Source: a virus. From it: a stretch of DNA of 64,000 bases. Both the position numbers and the translations under genes were made by a program. The stretch covers positions 30,110 to 94,109 of IMG/VR virus record IMGVR_UViG_3300037395_000062; one strand, written 5' to 3'. Below the pieces are notes generated by a model. It searched no databases. It was not told the DNA's origin and saw nothing but the letters and a program-made list of their open reading frames with translations. Positions 1 through 9,144 of this stretch are shown in pieces (positions within the stretch are counted from its first letter, which is position 1; each line of letters opens with the position of its first letter).

Positions 1-1101
1 TTGCTCGACCGCCATCGTCATTATCGGCGCCATCTGCTGGAAGTACGTCTGCACACCGTCCGCGTTGCCGCCAACGAAACCGTAGCGTGCGGACTGGCCT
101 ATGGAATCCTCGACGTTCAATCCACTGAACGCGGGAAGAAACTTCGCGCCACCGATCGCTTTTATAAGGTCAGTGCTGTCGCCCACACTGCGCTGGGATA
201 TCCCGAAGTTGGATTGTATGCGTAACGCTTCCGTCGGACCCAATCCAAGCCGCTCCATCCATTCCGGAGGCTTGTAGCCATCGTACAGCGAATTCATCAG
301 CCCCTTGCCGCTGAATCCACCAGCACGGCCCATGGCATACGAATCGTATGTCAGGTTACGGTAGGGGGCGGCGTTTCCGAGCGCACTACCCTCCAGGCCT
401 CCGAGTCTCTGCGGTGCGAAGAACAGCTCCTCCGCCGCAGCTGCGGCCGTAGCCGCGCCGACGGCACCCGTCAGAAGCCTAGACGTGGATCCCAGACCGA
501 CGAATCCCGCACCAGGGATATGAAATCCACCGCCGCCACCCCCACCGCCGCCTGGACTACCGCCACCACCACCACCACCACCCCCACCAGGCGGCGGTGG
601 TGGTGGTTGGTTGCGCTGACGCTGCAGAAAGGCAGGCGGTGTCGGCCAGCCCTGCGGCGGCATGGGTATGCCTGCGACCGGCGCACCTCCGCCACCGCCT
701 GGACCACCACCACCTCCGAATCCTGGCCAGCCCTGCGAGAACGACGCGCCCGAAAGGCGAGCGCTGATCCGGTGATCGACGGAATCGATATCGCGCAGGA
801 ACCCGAGCACGGAACCGATCGGCGCGCCGGCGTTCGGTGTGCTCAACGCCCGGATGAAATCGCTCGCCACGCCGCTGCCGCTGCCGCTGCCGCCGAATCC
901 CGTTCCGGTGCCTCGCATCGATGCGGCGGCGACGCTGCTTGCGTTGGCGGCGTGCTGCATCTGCCAGGACGACATGAGCGAAGACGCGCCGCCCGCCGTC
1001 ACGCCGCCGACCGCGCCGGATTCGACGCCCTGAAGCTGGGCCAGGTTGAGCCCCGTCAGGTTCGCCGGCTGGGCCTGCCCTGACAGCCTGATCTCAACCA
1101 A
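1..1101 (-). CDS. Tail tape-measure-like protein, N-terminal part (runs off the left edge)
   Basis: I translated this frame by hand: it is open from TTG at 1101 (overlapping the TGA of the chaperone extension) to base 1. It is Gly/Pro-rich and sits directly after tube and chaperones, the canonical tape-measure position. Confidence 0.6.
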   Translation of the reverse strand, partial: MVEIRLSGQAQPANLTGLNLAQLQGVESGAVGGVTAGGASSLMSSWQMQHAANASSVAAASMRGTGTGFGGSGSGSGVASDFIRALSTPNAGAPIGSVLGFLRDIDSVDHRISARLSGASFSQGWPGFGGGGGPGGGGGAPVAGIPMPPQGWPTPPAFLQRQRNQPPPPPPGGGGGGGGGGSPGGGGGGGGGFHIPGAGFVGLGSTSRLLTGAVGAATAAAAAEELFFAPQRLGGLEGSALGNAAPYRNLTYDSYAMGRAGGFSGKGLMNSLYDGYKPPEWMERLGLGPTEALRIQSNFGISQRSVGDSTDLIKAIGGAKFLPAFSGLNVEDSIGQSARYGFVGGNADGVQTYFQQMAPIMTMAVEQ

Positions 1102-1486
1102 CCGGAACCGCCTTTCCGCCTTTGCTCAGCCCCATCACCATACCACCGGATTTGGCGTTCTTGCGTTTTTTGTACTCGTCCAGGCGCCGCTGCGCTGCCG
1201 TCGATCCGCGCTTCGCCAGCCATTCGCGCCGCGCATCACCGGTCAGCGAGTTGAACCACGCGGCCGACGATTCCGGGGACACCGCGTCCGTACCGAAACG
1301 CCTGAAGGTGAACCGTTCCGGTTCATCCTTCGCACCCATCTCCAAGATGAAGTCGATCTCGGCCGGCGTGTGCTCGGTCAGCGGCTTGCCGAACGGACCG
1401 CCCGCCGCGTGTGAGCCAAGGATCCTACTGGCTACCCACAGCTTGCTCGCCAATACGTGGCTTAGGGGGATCCCCTCTCTTTCGAA
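1094..1486 (-). CDS. Tail assembly chaperone, frameshift extension (gpGT-like)
   Basis: The +1 frame relative to 1425..1844 has no good start and becomes protein-like from FEREGIPLSHVLASKLW. The slippery TTT CGA is at 1487-1482. Confidence 0.7.
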   Translation of the reverse strand, partial: FEREGIPLSHVLASKLWVASRILGSHAAGGPFGKPLTEHTPAEIDFILEMGAKDEPERFTFRRFGTDAVSPESSAAWFNSLTGDARREWLAKRGSTAAQRRLDEYKKRKNAKSGGMVMGLSKGGKAVPVG

Positions 1487-1844
1487 ATCGGTCCACCTGC
1501 TTGTCGAACTCGGTGCGGATCCGCCAGACCGTGTCCTCGTACTCGAACGGGAACTGGGTGAAGTCCACGATCGGTTTTCCGTCCGGACCGGGAGAGAAAC
1601 ACCACGTCTGGTCGGACCGCACGAGGTACAGTTCGAGGATCGCGAAGCTCGTCGCCATCTCGACCGTCGTCCGGTCGACACCGAAATCGATCGGCAGTAC
1701 GCCGCCGCTCTGCGGGAACGCGCGCCGCCGCACGTCGGCCGCCTTGAATCCCAGTTCGATCAGGTATCTGATGGTGGGTTTCCGGAACGTGTACGTGCCT
1801 TCGTCGACGACGATATCGAACTCGGGAGACAGCGGATCGGCCAC
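1425..1844 (-). CDS. Tail assembly chaperone (gpG-like)
   Basis: 139 aa, between tube and tape measure, with ...DRFRK near the C-terminus at the slip site. Confidence 0.75.
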   Translation of the reverse strand: MADPLSPEFDIVVDEGTYTFRKPTIRYLIELGFKAADVRRRAFPQSGGVLPIDFGVDRTTVEMATSFAILELYLVRSDQTWCFSPGPDGKPIVDFTQFPFEYEDTVWRIRTEFDKQVDRFRKRGDPPKPRIGEQAVGSQ

Positions 1845-1894
1845 GGGTGAAACCTCGCGATGCTAACGTAACCGCAACTATGCCGCGTTCCGTG

Positions 1895-2425
1895 CTACCC
1901 AGTCAAGCCCAGGGTTCCTGCCGCGGTGCCGGCCGATGCGACGGCGGTCGCGATGCTCAGCGCATTCTCGCCGGTGTTGACGATACTTTCGCCGGCGCTG
2001 TTCAGCACGTTCATCGCCATGAACGAGTACGTGTCGCGTATCGGCGCGTTCGTCGGGATCGATTCGGCGAAGTTCTGGCACTTGGCGCCGACGTAGGTGA
2101 ACTTCACGGTGTTCGTCAGGCCGTCGTAGATATGGATATCGAACTGGTTTCCCGCGAGCAGGTAGCGGATGTCGTTGCCTCCCTGCAGGGCGTTCACCCC
2201 CTGCGTCGTCAGGGCGAAGGAATCGAGCGATATCTGCGGCGACACCCGCAACTGCTGCACCTCCTGCGGCAGCGCGGAACCGATCCCGTACAGCTGCTCC
2301 GCGCCGAACGGAAACTGGTGCCCGGACGTCTGGGCGAAGAACACGATCTGATCGCCAAGCCATATCTCGACCTGGTTGCCGTTCGCGACGTTGTTCGCGA
2401 CCTGCTGCGGATTGAAGCCTGGCAT
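1895..2425 (-). CDS. Tail tube protein
   Basis: Follows the sheath. The FGAEQLYGIGSALPQEVQQLR motif resembles SPO1/Twort-like tubes (GxYxIGSIMPQEHVYLR). Confidence 0.85.
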   Translation of the reverse strand: MPGFNPQQVANNVANGNQVEIWLGDQIVFFAQTSGHQFPFGAEQLYGIGSALPQEVQQLRVSPQISLDSFALTTQGVNALQGGNDIRYLLAGNQFDIHIYDGLTNTVKFTYVGAKCQNFAESIPTNAPIRDTYSFMAMNVLNSAGESIVNTGENALSIATAVASAGTAAGTLGLTG

Positions 2426-2435
2426 GTCCGGAATC

Positions 2436-4232
2436 CTACGAGCTTACGATCGAAAACGACAAAGGCTGCACGGACGAGTAGCAGGTGATGTAGCGGTTCT
2501 GGCCGACCAACTGCACGCTGACCGTGATCGACGCCAACTGCTGCGTGCCGCTGTAGTTCAACACCAGCGACGCCGTATTCCAGGCCGACAGCACGCCGTT
2601 GCTGGAGCCGCCCGTGTATATCAGCGAGTTCAACAGCGACTTCAGCGCGTTGAGTATGGCGGTCTCGGTGGCTGGGGTCGCTATCGTGCCGACGTACTGC
2701 CGCAGCACGCTGGTGACCGAATAGGCTAGCCAGTACCGGCACGCCACCTGCTGCGACGACGTGTTCTCGACGTTGTCGTCGACCTGCCAGCAGGTCATAT
2801 CCGACAGGATCGTCGGTGGCCCGTTCTGCTGCGTTGTCTGCCAGATCGCCATCACGCCGGCGTTCTGCAGCGTCTCCAACTGAGACGCGGTCAATTGCGC
2901 CCCGGCGTTCGCACCCTCTACCCCGTCTCCGTTCAATACCTTGTTGGTCAGCGGTTCGGCGACGATGTTGCCAGCCGCGATCGCCGCCGCGGCCGCGGCC
3001 ACGTACAGGCCACCGTAGAGTTGGCTCTGCCCCGTCTGCGTGTTCGTCGCGTAGATGCCGGGATAGGCGTAGGCCATCTGCAGCGAATCGAGGTTCGTCG
3101 CGTTGGTCACCGTCGTGGCGACGGTATCGCCGATCGACGATCCGGTGAATCCCCTGCGCCACATTCCGTAGGGCGGCCCCGAAGCGGTCTCGCAGTGCTG
3201 CGCCAGCAGCGCCTGCACCGCGATGGCGTTACTGTCGCAGAACACCGTCCAGGCCGGGACGGACAACGCCGCGATCAGCCCCGACGCATATCCACTGTTC
3301 ACCGGCGGCACGCCGGTGGCTCCGGTAAAGAACGTCGGCGATCCCGTCGCCGGCAACCCTGCGAACCCTACCGCCGCACCGGCACCCGATACGGCCGTCA
3401 CCAACGAAGACGCGAACTGATTGACCCAGAACACCAGGTCGTTCTGGAACGCCGTGGGATAGGTGTAAACAGTAGGAGTACCCGACGCGACGGCACCACC
3501 GCTATCGTCCATCAGGAGCGAGGGCAGTTGACCGCCCGTCGACGAAACCCCAACCGCGACCCAGTGGCCTGTCCCATTGATCGCTTCGATGAGCGATCCG
3601 ACTGTGGCGAAGCCACCGGAACCGATGAACAGATTAACGGTTTCGCCCGCAATCGGACTGTTCAGGTTCATCACGCCGCTGGCGGGATGAATGGCGTATG
3701 CAGCGCCTGAACTGGTGCCCGTGTAGCCGATACCGAACGGTATGCCTAGCCCGCTGCCGACCAACTGCACGCCCGCATAGTTGTCGGTTATCGTCAGGTC
3801 GCGACCGTTCGTGGATTGTCCTGCCGCGTAGCTGGTCTGGTACGTCAATTGGTTCGACGGTGGCCCGTAGAGCACCGACGTAAGCGTCGCGTAGACCGAA
3901 TTTCCGCCGGACGTGAGCAGTGCCGCGAACGACTGCGTGTTGCTGCTCACGTCGATGAAGGTGATCTGCTGCGCGCCGTTCAACTGCGGCGACGGGTTGG
4001 CGATGAACGGGATGTAGTTCGCCACCGGCGCCCCGCGCACGGCGGCGGCGAAATCGGTCGGACTCGCGTACGTGACCGGCACCTGCGGCTTGGGTCCCCA
4101 GCCATAACCGAGAACCAGCATGGGTGGCGTGACAGGAGGCGTGTTCGGCAGCGACGGCTGCACGTTGTCGGCATAGTATGCGCCCGGCAGTCCAATGAAG
4201 GTGCCAGCGAAAGTGATTCCCTGCTGCGGCAT
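2436..4232 (-). CDS. Tail sheath protein
   Basis: 598 aa with an N-terminal LPGAY motif and a C-terminal EPLTNK...LQNAGV sheath pattern; upstream of the tube. Confidence 0.88.
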   Translation of the reverse strand: MPQQGITFAGTFIGLPGAYYADNVQPSLPNTPPVTPPMLVLGYGWGPKPQVPVTYASPTDFAAAVRGAPVANYIPFIANPSPQLNGAQQITFIDVSSNTQSFAALLTSGGNSVYATLTSVLYGPPSNQLTYQTSYAAGQSTNGRDLTITDNYAGVQLVGSGLGIPFGIGYTGTSSGAAYAIHPASGVMNLNSPIAGETVNLFIGSGGFATVGSLIEAINGTGHWVAVGVSSTGGQLPSLLMDDSGGAVASGTPTVYTYPTAFQNDLVFWVNQFASSLVTAVSGAGAAVGFAGLPATGSPTFFTGATGVPPVNSGYASGLIAALSVPAWTVFCDSNAIAVQALLAQHCETASGPPYGMWRRGFTGSSIGDTVATTVTNATNLDSLQMAYAYPGIYATNTQTGQSQLYGGLYVAAAAAAIAAGNIVAEPLTNKVLNGDGVEGANAGAQLTASQLETLQNAGVMAIWQTTQQNGPPTILSDMTCWQVDDNVENTSSQQVACRYWLAYSVTSVLRQYVGTIATPATETAILNALKSLLNSLIYTGGSSNGVLSAWNTASLVLNYSGTQQLASITVSVQLVGQNRYITCYSSVQPLSFSIVSS

Positions 4233-4233
4233 C

Positions 4234-4554
4234 TTAGGTCACTCCAGGCATGCCGGGATACGCCGGTTGCGATCCGTACGCCGCGATCAGCGCGCTCCAC
4301 TCGGTCGGCGTGTGCTTCTCGCCTCCGTGGTTGATCTTCAGCAGCTTCAGCCATATCTCGTCGCCATGGCCGTACGTCACGGTCATCACGACGCGTCCCT
4401 TGAACGTGACGGGTGCGCCGTTGCGTAGCATCGGCACGCGACGCGGCCGCAAGGTGGCCGCGAACACGCCGAACGCGATCGGCAGTTCGGCCGGTGCCGA
4501 ATCCGGTACTGGCGCGGATCGCATCCCGTCGGGAGCGAGTGCATCCTCATCCAT
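4234..4554 (-). CDS. Hypothetical protein (virion operon)
   Basis: 106 aa, GGAGG RBS, abuts the sheath start. Confidence 0.65.
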   Translation of the reverse strand: MDEDALAPDGMRSAPVPDSAPAELPIAFGVFAATLRPRRVPMLRNGAPVTFKGRVVMTVTYGHGDEIWLKLLKINHGGEKHTPTEWSALIAAYGSQPAYPGMPGVT

Positions 4555-4609
4555 GCAGCGAAAAACCTCCGGCTCGACGCATAAAAATAGCCCCTAATCC
4601 AGGGACCAC

Positions 4610-5506
4610 CTATGCCGTCGTCGGTATCTGGATTTCGTCCACCACGTTGCCCCCGGACGACGAGACCGCCACGTTGATGTGCTCGATCAGGCCGAATCCG
4701 GTCAGCATCGTGACGCTGAAATCACCTTCCAAGGTCAGCATGGCGTCCGCCCAGTAAAAGCCAGGCGCCTGCCCGGTCCACTCGTCTCCGGTAGTTCCCG
4801 AGGTCGCCTGGAAGTCGTGCCTGATGTTCTGCGCGATGCGGCTGAACAGCACCGCCTTCAAGGCCCGAAACGCGATCAGGACCGTATCGCGGTAGAAGTC
4901 GCGCTCGTCCGCACTCGGACTGATCACGCTGATCCGCCATACCCGCCGGCTCCAGCCGGGCAAGGTCCACAGGTTCTGCGCATCGGGGTTCATCACGTCC
5001 TGCCCGATCGCCGTATCGCGATCCTGGAACAGCTCGAGATTGACGACGATGAACGGCATCGCGGCGAATCCGGCCGCTGGCATCTTCGTCGTCACCTGCA
5101 CGGGGCTTACCGTCACGCCGGATGGGCGCGGCGCGTTGTTCGTCGCGGCCTGCAGCAGGCGGATGATCAGCGTCGTCAACGCGTCCGGCACCGTGACGAT
5201 GAACCCGGCCGGCGTAACCGGCCCGATCTCCGTCGTACCCGTGGAATCGATCGCCTGCCATTCGTAGGGCAGCGTGGCATCCAGCGGTTCCGACGAGAAG
5301 GATGGTCCGTCGCCCACGTCGCACCAGTAAGGCAATGGCGGCCCCTGGTATATCTGGACGAAAGCGCCCCCCGATACCGAGCGCGACAGGGTCATGTCGA
5401 CCACGCCGGACGGCGGCGCGAAGTTCCCGTCGTCGGCGCCGTAGAAACCGAGCAGCACGCCGCCGCCCGTGGGAAGTGGCGTAAGGGTTACGGGCGGGCC
5501 GCTCAG
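4610..5506 (-). CDS. Tail terminator/completion-like protein
   Basis: Lies between neck genes and sheath. The frame extends upstream of 5458 to a CTG at 5506 preceded by GGGAGG. Confidence 0.6.
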   Translation of the reverse strand: MSGPPVTLTPLPTGGGVLLGFYGADDGNFAPPSGVVDMTLSRSVSGGAFVQIYQGPPLPYWCDVGDGPSFSSEPLDATLPYEWQAIDSTGTTEIGPVTPAGFIVTVPDALTTLIIRLLQAATNNAPRPSGVTVSPVQVTTKMPAAGFAAMPFIVVNLELFQDRDTAIGQDVMNPDAQNLWTLPGWSRRVWRISVISPSADERDFYRDTVLIAFRALKAVLFSRIAQNIRHDFQATSGTTGDEWTGQAPGFYWADAMLTLEGDFSVTMLTGFGLIEHINVAVSSSGGNVVDEIQIPTTA

Positions 5507-5507
5507 G

Positions 5508-6041
5508 TCAACCTCCCGTCGCCATGCGCCTGGCCATCGCGGCCAGGGTCAGCGCCGGCGAGTAGGCCGGCATCGGCGGAATGATCCAGGAATCCGGCGA
5601 CGAGTTGGGACCGAATGAGGCGAACTCACTGCCCGATCGTTGGCGCACTTCCGCCCACATAGACGGCCGCAGTCCGGGCGGTCCGGCACCGACCCGGCGC
5701 AGCGACGTACCTGGCGTGGTGCCGATCGGCCGGTGCATCGGGATGGCACGACCGGACAGCGCGCCGACGGTCTTCATGTCGAAGCTGCGATGTCCGGTCT
5801 CCAGAATCGCCGCCTCGGGTGCGACGCCCTCGTCGGCGACGATCGCCACCGTCGATTCGTCCACCTGCCGCAGACTCAGGCTACCCGCATATTTCCCGCT
5901 CGGGTAGTGGATTTTCTTGCCGTTCAGTGAGGTCTCGCCCAGCGCGAACGACAGCCACATCAGGAAGATCTCGACGCCGATCGCGCTCACGGCCTCCGGC
6001 GGGAGATTCGTCCGCACGACATAGGTGTAGCCTAGCGCCAT
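5508..6041 (-). CDS. Neck/tail-completion protein
   Basis: Contains SGKYAGSL...AAILETG..FDMK...WIIP, a pattern seen in Herelleviridae neck-region proteins. Likely start is MALGY. Confidence 0.6.
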   Translation of the reverse strand: MALGYTYVVRTNLPPEAVSAIGVEIFLMWLSFALGETSLNGKKIHYPSGKYAGSLSLRQVDESTVAIVADEGVAPEAAILETGHRSFDMKTVGALSGRAIPMHRPIGTTPGTSLRRVGAGPPGLRPSMWAEVRQRSGSEFASFGPNSSPDSWIIPPMPAYSPALTLAAMARRMATGG

Positions 6042-6150
6042 TTCGCTTGACTCCGACGCGCCAGCGCGGCATGTTTGCGGCACGGCTTCGGCCGCTCGCG
6101 TCCTCGGGCGCCTTGGAGGTGGCTTCGGCCACCCCCGGTTGATTTCATGT

Positions 6151-7029
6151 TCATGACCCAGCCACCGCGCGACCGACCATCGGCGTGAACGGCGATACCG
6201 TGCCCGCCAACTGCACGCTGCCGGGCGCCTGCGGCTGGATCCCGCGCTGCCTCGTCCAGAAGTCCAATGCCTGCAGCCGGAACCGCCTGGGCTCGGTCAC
6301 CGTGCCGCCGCCCAGCGGGCGAACGTGCGGCAAGCCGCCTGCGCCGCGGAACGCGACGTAGAACGGTGCGGCCTGAAACTCGACCATGTAGTTCGTGCCG
6401 GGCGGATAGCCGCCGATCGTCACCGTAGCACCCGACACGGCGTACTGCGCCACCTGATCGACGTCGCCTGTCGTCGGATCCCATACCGTCACCGCATCCT
6501 GCGGCGCCACGCGAAGGTTCTGCTGGAACGGCAGGTTCTCCTTCGTGCCTGATTGCAGCACCGCCGTGTACCGCGACTGCATGTCCACCGCGACGAAGCC
6601 GTCGTCGGTGCTTGCGTTCGTCCACGCATCCGTCGGCTGTCCCGGATCGTCCACCGCGAGGGTCGGGTTCATGAACGGAATCGTCATCGACGGCTCCGAG
6701 GTCTGGAACACGCCGTAAGATTCGTTCATCTTCACGCCGGGTTCGTCCGGCGTCGGGCTCATGTGCATGTATTCGATATACGCCCGGAACGGCATGGACG
6801 GCGCATCCCAGTAGACGCCCAATCCGAGGCACCTCGTGCAGCTACGCTGCGGGGCGCCGATCTGCGGCAGCCGTCCGTTCGCGCCGCCACCAGCGTAGAC
6901 GCACGGGCACCCGTGCGAGCGCATCCAGGAAACCCGCTGGCCGTGCGTCGCGATCAAGGCGTCGAAGTTCTGCGACGCCAGGCCCCTGGCGGTGCTGGTC
7001 AGCGCGGGAAACGGGATCACGGGGAGCAT
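6151..7029 (-). CDS. Head-closure/neck protein with CPC...CxxC motif
   Basis: WMRSHGCPCV...SCTRCLGLG matches SPO1/Twort-like neck proteins. Start MLPVIPF overlaps the upstream stop. Confidence 0.72.
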   Translation of the reverse strand: MLPVIPFPALTSTARGLASQNFDALIATHGQRVSWMRSHGCPCVYAGGGANGRLPQIGAPQRSCTRCLGLGVYWDAPSMPFRAYIEYMHMSPTPDEPGVKMNESYGVFQTSEPSMTIPFMNPTLAVDDPGQPTDAWTNASTDDGFVAVDMQSRYTAVLQSGTKENLPFQQNLRVAPQDAVTVWDPTTGDVDQVAQYAVSGATVTIGGYPPGTNYMVEFQAAPFYVAFRGAGGLPHVRPLGGGTVTEPRRFRLQALDFWTRQRGIQPQAPGSVQLAGTVSPFTPMVGRAVAGS

Positions 7030-8024
7030 CAGAGGATTCCCAGATGGACGCCACCCACCGCCGACTTGGCCCGCGTCGTCAGTTCCTTCGCCTGCTTCTC
7101 GAACTGCATGATCGCACCGGCGAACGCGCCGCGCGGGTCGAACTTCATCCGCTGCATCAGGCCGTCCGCCTGGATCGCGGTCTCCAGCGCGCCGTAGTTC
7201 ACCGACAGTTGCATCGACGACAGCGCGATCACCGCGGTGCGCGCCAGCACGAGCTGTAGCATGAAGTTCCAGTTCGCCTGGTAGTCGGCCGGCGTCAACC
7301 CTGCGGTGTACTGGAACCACATGCCGCCCGGCACGTTCTCGGCGAACCCCATGAACGCAAGCTGCATCGCGAACAGCGGCAGCATCTGCACCGACGTGGC
7401 AGGCACGAATCGCACCAGGCCGCGATCCTGGTCCTCCACCACCCAACTCTGGGGCATCCGGAAGTACTCGTTCAGCAGCGGGTAGATGAAGGCGACGTTC
7501 TTGGTGCCGTTGAGGTTGGCTGCGTTCACCACCCCGGCAGGATCGACGGTGTCGACGCCCTTGACCGGACGCCAGCGCAGCCGCTGGTAGAGCCACCCCT
7601 CGTCCCGTGCGCGGCTGAAGAAGAAGTCGTACGCCGCCTCGGAGAAATCGTAGTCGACGCCGAGTTGCTGGTAGTTGTACTTGGTCACCAATCCAAGCTG
7701 CAGCGTCTCGGCCAGGGTCTTGGTGGGCGGCGCCGCGATCCAGGTTTGGCACAGTTTGATGTTGGTGTCGTTCTCGATGTTGTCCTCGGCCATCCGGATC
7801 CAGCCGAGTACCGTCTGGTCAGGAATCGGCACCGGCGGGTTGCCGAACTGCTGCAGCGGGATCTGCACGTACTGGCGCACATCGTTCGGTTGCAGTCCGG
7901 TCTTGGTCTTGGCGCCAGACGAGTAGGTGTTCACCGTCGGCGCGACGCCGGATACGGACGTGTTCCAGTTCCACAGCGCCTTCGTCGGCACCGGAACGTA
8001 GGTCTGCGGCCCGGGGGACGACAT
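7029..8024 (-). CDS. Head-tail adaptor/head completion protein
   Basis: 331 aa downstream of the capsid, with a YDFF...QRLRWRPV...YTAG pattern. Confidence 0.68.
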   Translation of the reverse strand: MSSPGPQTYVPVPTKALWNWNTSVSGVAPTVNTYSSGAKTKTGLQPNDVRQYVQIPLQQFGNPPVPIPDQTVLGWIRMAEDNIENDTNIKLCQTWIAAPPTKTLAETLQLGLVTKYNYQQLGVDYDFSEAAYDFFFSRARDEGWLYQRLRWRPVKGVDTVDPAGVVNAANLNGTKNVAFIYPLLNEYFRMPQSWVVEDQDRGLVRFVPATSVQMLPLFAMQLAFMGFAENVPGGMWFQYTAGLTPADYQANWNFMLQLVLARTAVIALSSMQLSVNYGALETAIQADGLMQRMKFDPRGAFAGAIMQFEKQAKELTTRAKSAVGGVHLGIL

Positions 8025-8033
8025 TGCCTGCCC

Positions 8034-8417
8034 CTACCGTCGCTTGCCGTGCTGGTGCGGCTGATTCCGGGTCACCGTGTCCGCGACGCGACCCAGCGTC
8101 AGCCTGCCCTCGCTCAACACGGCCGGCTGCCGCGTCATGCCGTCCGTCCGTCCGGTCGCGTCCGTCGTGTGCACCGGCGGCAGCGGTGCCTCCGTCAAGG
8201 CCGTATTCGCGACCGGCGTCTCCCCGAACATGACCAGTCGCACCGAAGGAATCTCGCGCAGCCTGGATGCCTGGTCGGCGGTCAACGTATCGGTTTCGTA
8301 CCGCCCGACCGCGACGCTCTTGAACAGCACGCCGCTTATCTCGCCGCCAGCGCGGTGGCCTTGCCGCCACATCTTCCAGATCGCCGAGTGCTCGATCAGT
8401 CGCGCGATGAACGTCAT
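8034..8417 (-). CDS. Hypothetical protein
   Basis: 127 aa ORF with an RBS, in operon orientation. Confidence 0.6.
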   Translation of the reverse strand: MTFIARLIEHSAIWKMWRQGHRAGGEISGVLFKSVAVGRYETDTLTADQASRLREIPSVRLVMFGETPVANTALTEAPLPPVHTTDATGRTDGMTRQPAVLSEGRLTLGRVADTVTRNQPHQHGKRR

Positions 8418-8478
8418 GCTCCGGCCTTCCCGCCACTCCGCGCAGTCTACGCTGCTTTTTCTAGCGTAGCTAGGGAGT

Positions 8479-8754
8479 TTACGGGACGATCCCCGCCGCC
8501 TTCAACACGCCGGTCAGGTTCGCGTGCACCACCGCGATCTGCGCGGCCTGGGCAGCGGTGATGACGACCACGTCGGGTCCTGGCTGCATCGCGTCGATCG
8601 CCTGGCGCTGCGACTCGTTGAGCAGCGGCTCCCCGCTGCGAAAGGTTGGACCTGAAGGAGTGCCGCTCTGCGGCGCTGGTCCCGGCTCCAGGGTTGATCC
8701 CTGGTTGATCGGTCCGGTCCAGGGTTGCGGTGCCAATGAATTCATCTCCGACAT
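8479..8754 (-). CDS. Hypothetical protein
   Basis: AGGGAG RBS before ATG 8754 (MSEMNS). Confidence 0.55.
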   Translation of the reverse strand: MSEMNSLAPQPWTGPINQGSTLEPGPAPQSGTPSGPTFRSGEPLLNESQRQAIDAMQPGPDVVVITAAQAAQIAVVHANLTGVLKAAGIVP

Positions 8755-8861
8755 GGCACTCCCTGATTGCTGCTGTTCGATGCTCACGACGCGAATCTCC
8801 CTGGTTAACCTGGGTGCAACGTCACACATGGCTCCGGGTTGCGTCGAGCGTCGGAAACTAC

Positions 8862-9107
8862 CTAGATGTGCTTGACTCTCGTCCAAGCAGCATTACGCCG
8901 GCGCCCGATCGGCAGATGAGCATCGAGGTACATCTCGAACCACAGCCGACGCCGGAACGGCACCCGTGCCCAGCGCCGGCGGTACATGTCGACTCGCCTG
9001 CACTCGTGCGGCGCGAGACGGGCATGTCTCCAGCCGAACGGTCTAAAGAGCAATCGGTCTATCTTGGCGTCCGCCAAGCCTCGCCTGCGTTTCCTGGGGA
9101 TCAGCAT
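8862..9107 (-). CDS. Hypothetical Arg-rich protein
   Basis: 81 aa ORF filling the gap in operon orientation. Confidence 0.4.
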   Translation of the reverse strand: MLIPRKRRRGLADAKIDRLLFRPFGWRHARLAPHECRRVDMYRRRWARVPFRRRLWFEMYLDAHLPIGRRRNAAWTRVKHI

Positions 9108-9144
9108 TCGCGCAGATTACGTCGGTTCAACGGGTGTGGCAAGT

